64,000 bases of DNA, from positions 35,094 to 99,093 of the IMG/VR virus record IMGVR_UViG_3300002835_007523. One strand, given 5' to 3'. Source of the DNA: a virus. Positions 63,538-64,000 of the stretch are shown piece by piece. Each line of letters begins with the position of its first letter. Positions within the stretch are counted from its first letter, which is position 1. The position numbers and the translations under genes were made by a program. A model generated the notes under the pieces. It searched no databases and was not told where the DNA came from. It was given only the letters and a program-made list of their open reading frames with translations.

Positions 63538-63716
63538 ACAGTTGAGTGGCGTGCGTCACAGTGGCCTATTCTTCTAACAGAGATGTTAGAGAACTAAGAT
63601 TATAGTTTCTCCATAGCGACACACAGAGGGCGGGAAAGTATAAGACCCCCTGTGTGCCACTAAAGAGAGAGAGACTATGCCCCTTCTGACATAGTCTCTC
63701 CCCTGCCTCTAGCGTC

Positions 63717-63998
63717 TTACGCTAGAAGTGTAGTTAGCAAGGCTTGAACCTTGACTAACTCAGCACGCTCAGCTGAATTGAGCGATGTGTCGACATTGGC
63801 AACGAGAACGTCTGCGAATGCTGGTGCTTGCTTGACAATGTCAATAGCAGCAGCATCACGAGCAGCGCTTCGTGCGTCAGCCTTAGCCTCACCCTCAAGA
63901 ATGAGTGCGTCGAACGCATCATTGAGGGCTTCGTCGGCAGTTGTCTCTAGGGCAGACTTGATGTCTTCCCATGAGACGAACTTGGCAGCAAGAGAAGC
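63717..63998 (-). CDS. Ala-rich hypothetical protein, 5' end outside window
   Basis: Open frame ASLAAKFVSWEDIKSALE..VQALLTTLLA* running to the window edge. Confidence 0.7.
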   Translation of the reverse strand, partial: ASLAAKFVSWEDIKSALETTADEALNDAFDALILEGEAKADARSAARDAAAIDIVKQAPAFADVLVANVDTSLNSAERAELVKVQALLTTLLA

Positions 63999-64000
63999 GG

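Noticed and set aside
1-64000. Stop-codon reassignment
   Set aside because: Conserved genes are full length under the standard code, and TAA, TAG and TGA all end genes.

Overview
This window is part of the genome of a low-GC, contractile-tailed (myovirus-type) dsDNA phage. Three WhiB-family genes and an MSMEG_6728-like glycosylase point to an actinobacterial host; a low-GC freshwater lineage such as acI is plausible but is inference. The + strand arm (1-49.4 kb) carries tail-fibre-like genes, neck, sheath, tube, chaperone, tape measure with M23 and lysozyme-like domains and baseplate. It continues with a replication/recombination module (initiator, DnaC-like loader, DnaB, primase, SNF2 helicase, SSB, family-A polymerase, RecA, resolvases, Cas4-like nuclease, dNMP kinase). 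SpoVS, holin-like genes, clusters of small Lys-rich proteins, an NTase/HAD-like/TGT-like cassette and a class II RNR follow. A convergent - strand arm (49.5-64 kb) holds small accessory genes, a MoxR AAA+/VWA pair, a tRNA(CAT) and several structured intergenic regions. No capsid, portal, terminase or integrase was recognised. The most striking observations are: a 32-Cys receptor-binding-like protein whose cysteine parity implies a nested out-and-back disulfide stalk; two candidate structured ncRNAs; an oriented 14-bp repeat; a candidate +1 frameshift in the tail chaperone; and a cassette with two apparent pseudo-enzymes. All functional calls come from motif recognition by eye; no searches were run.
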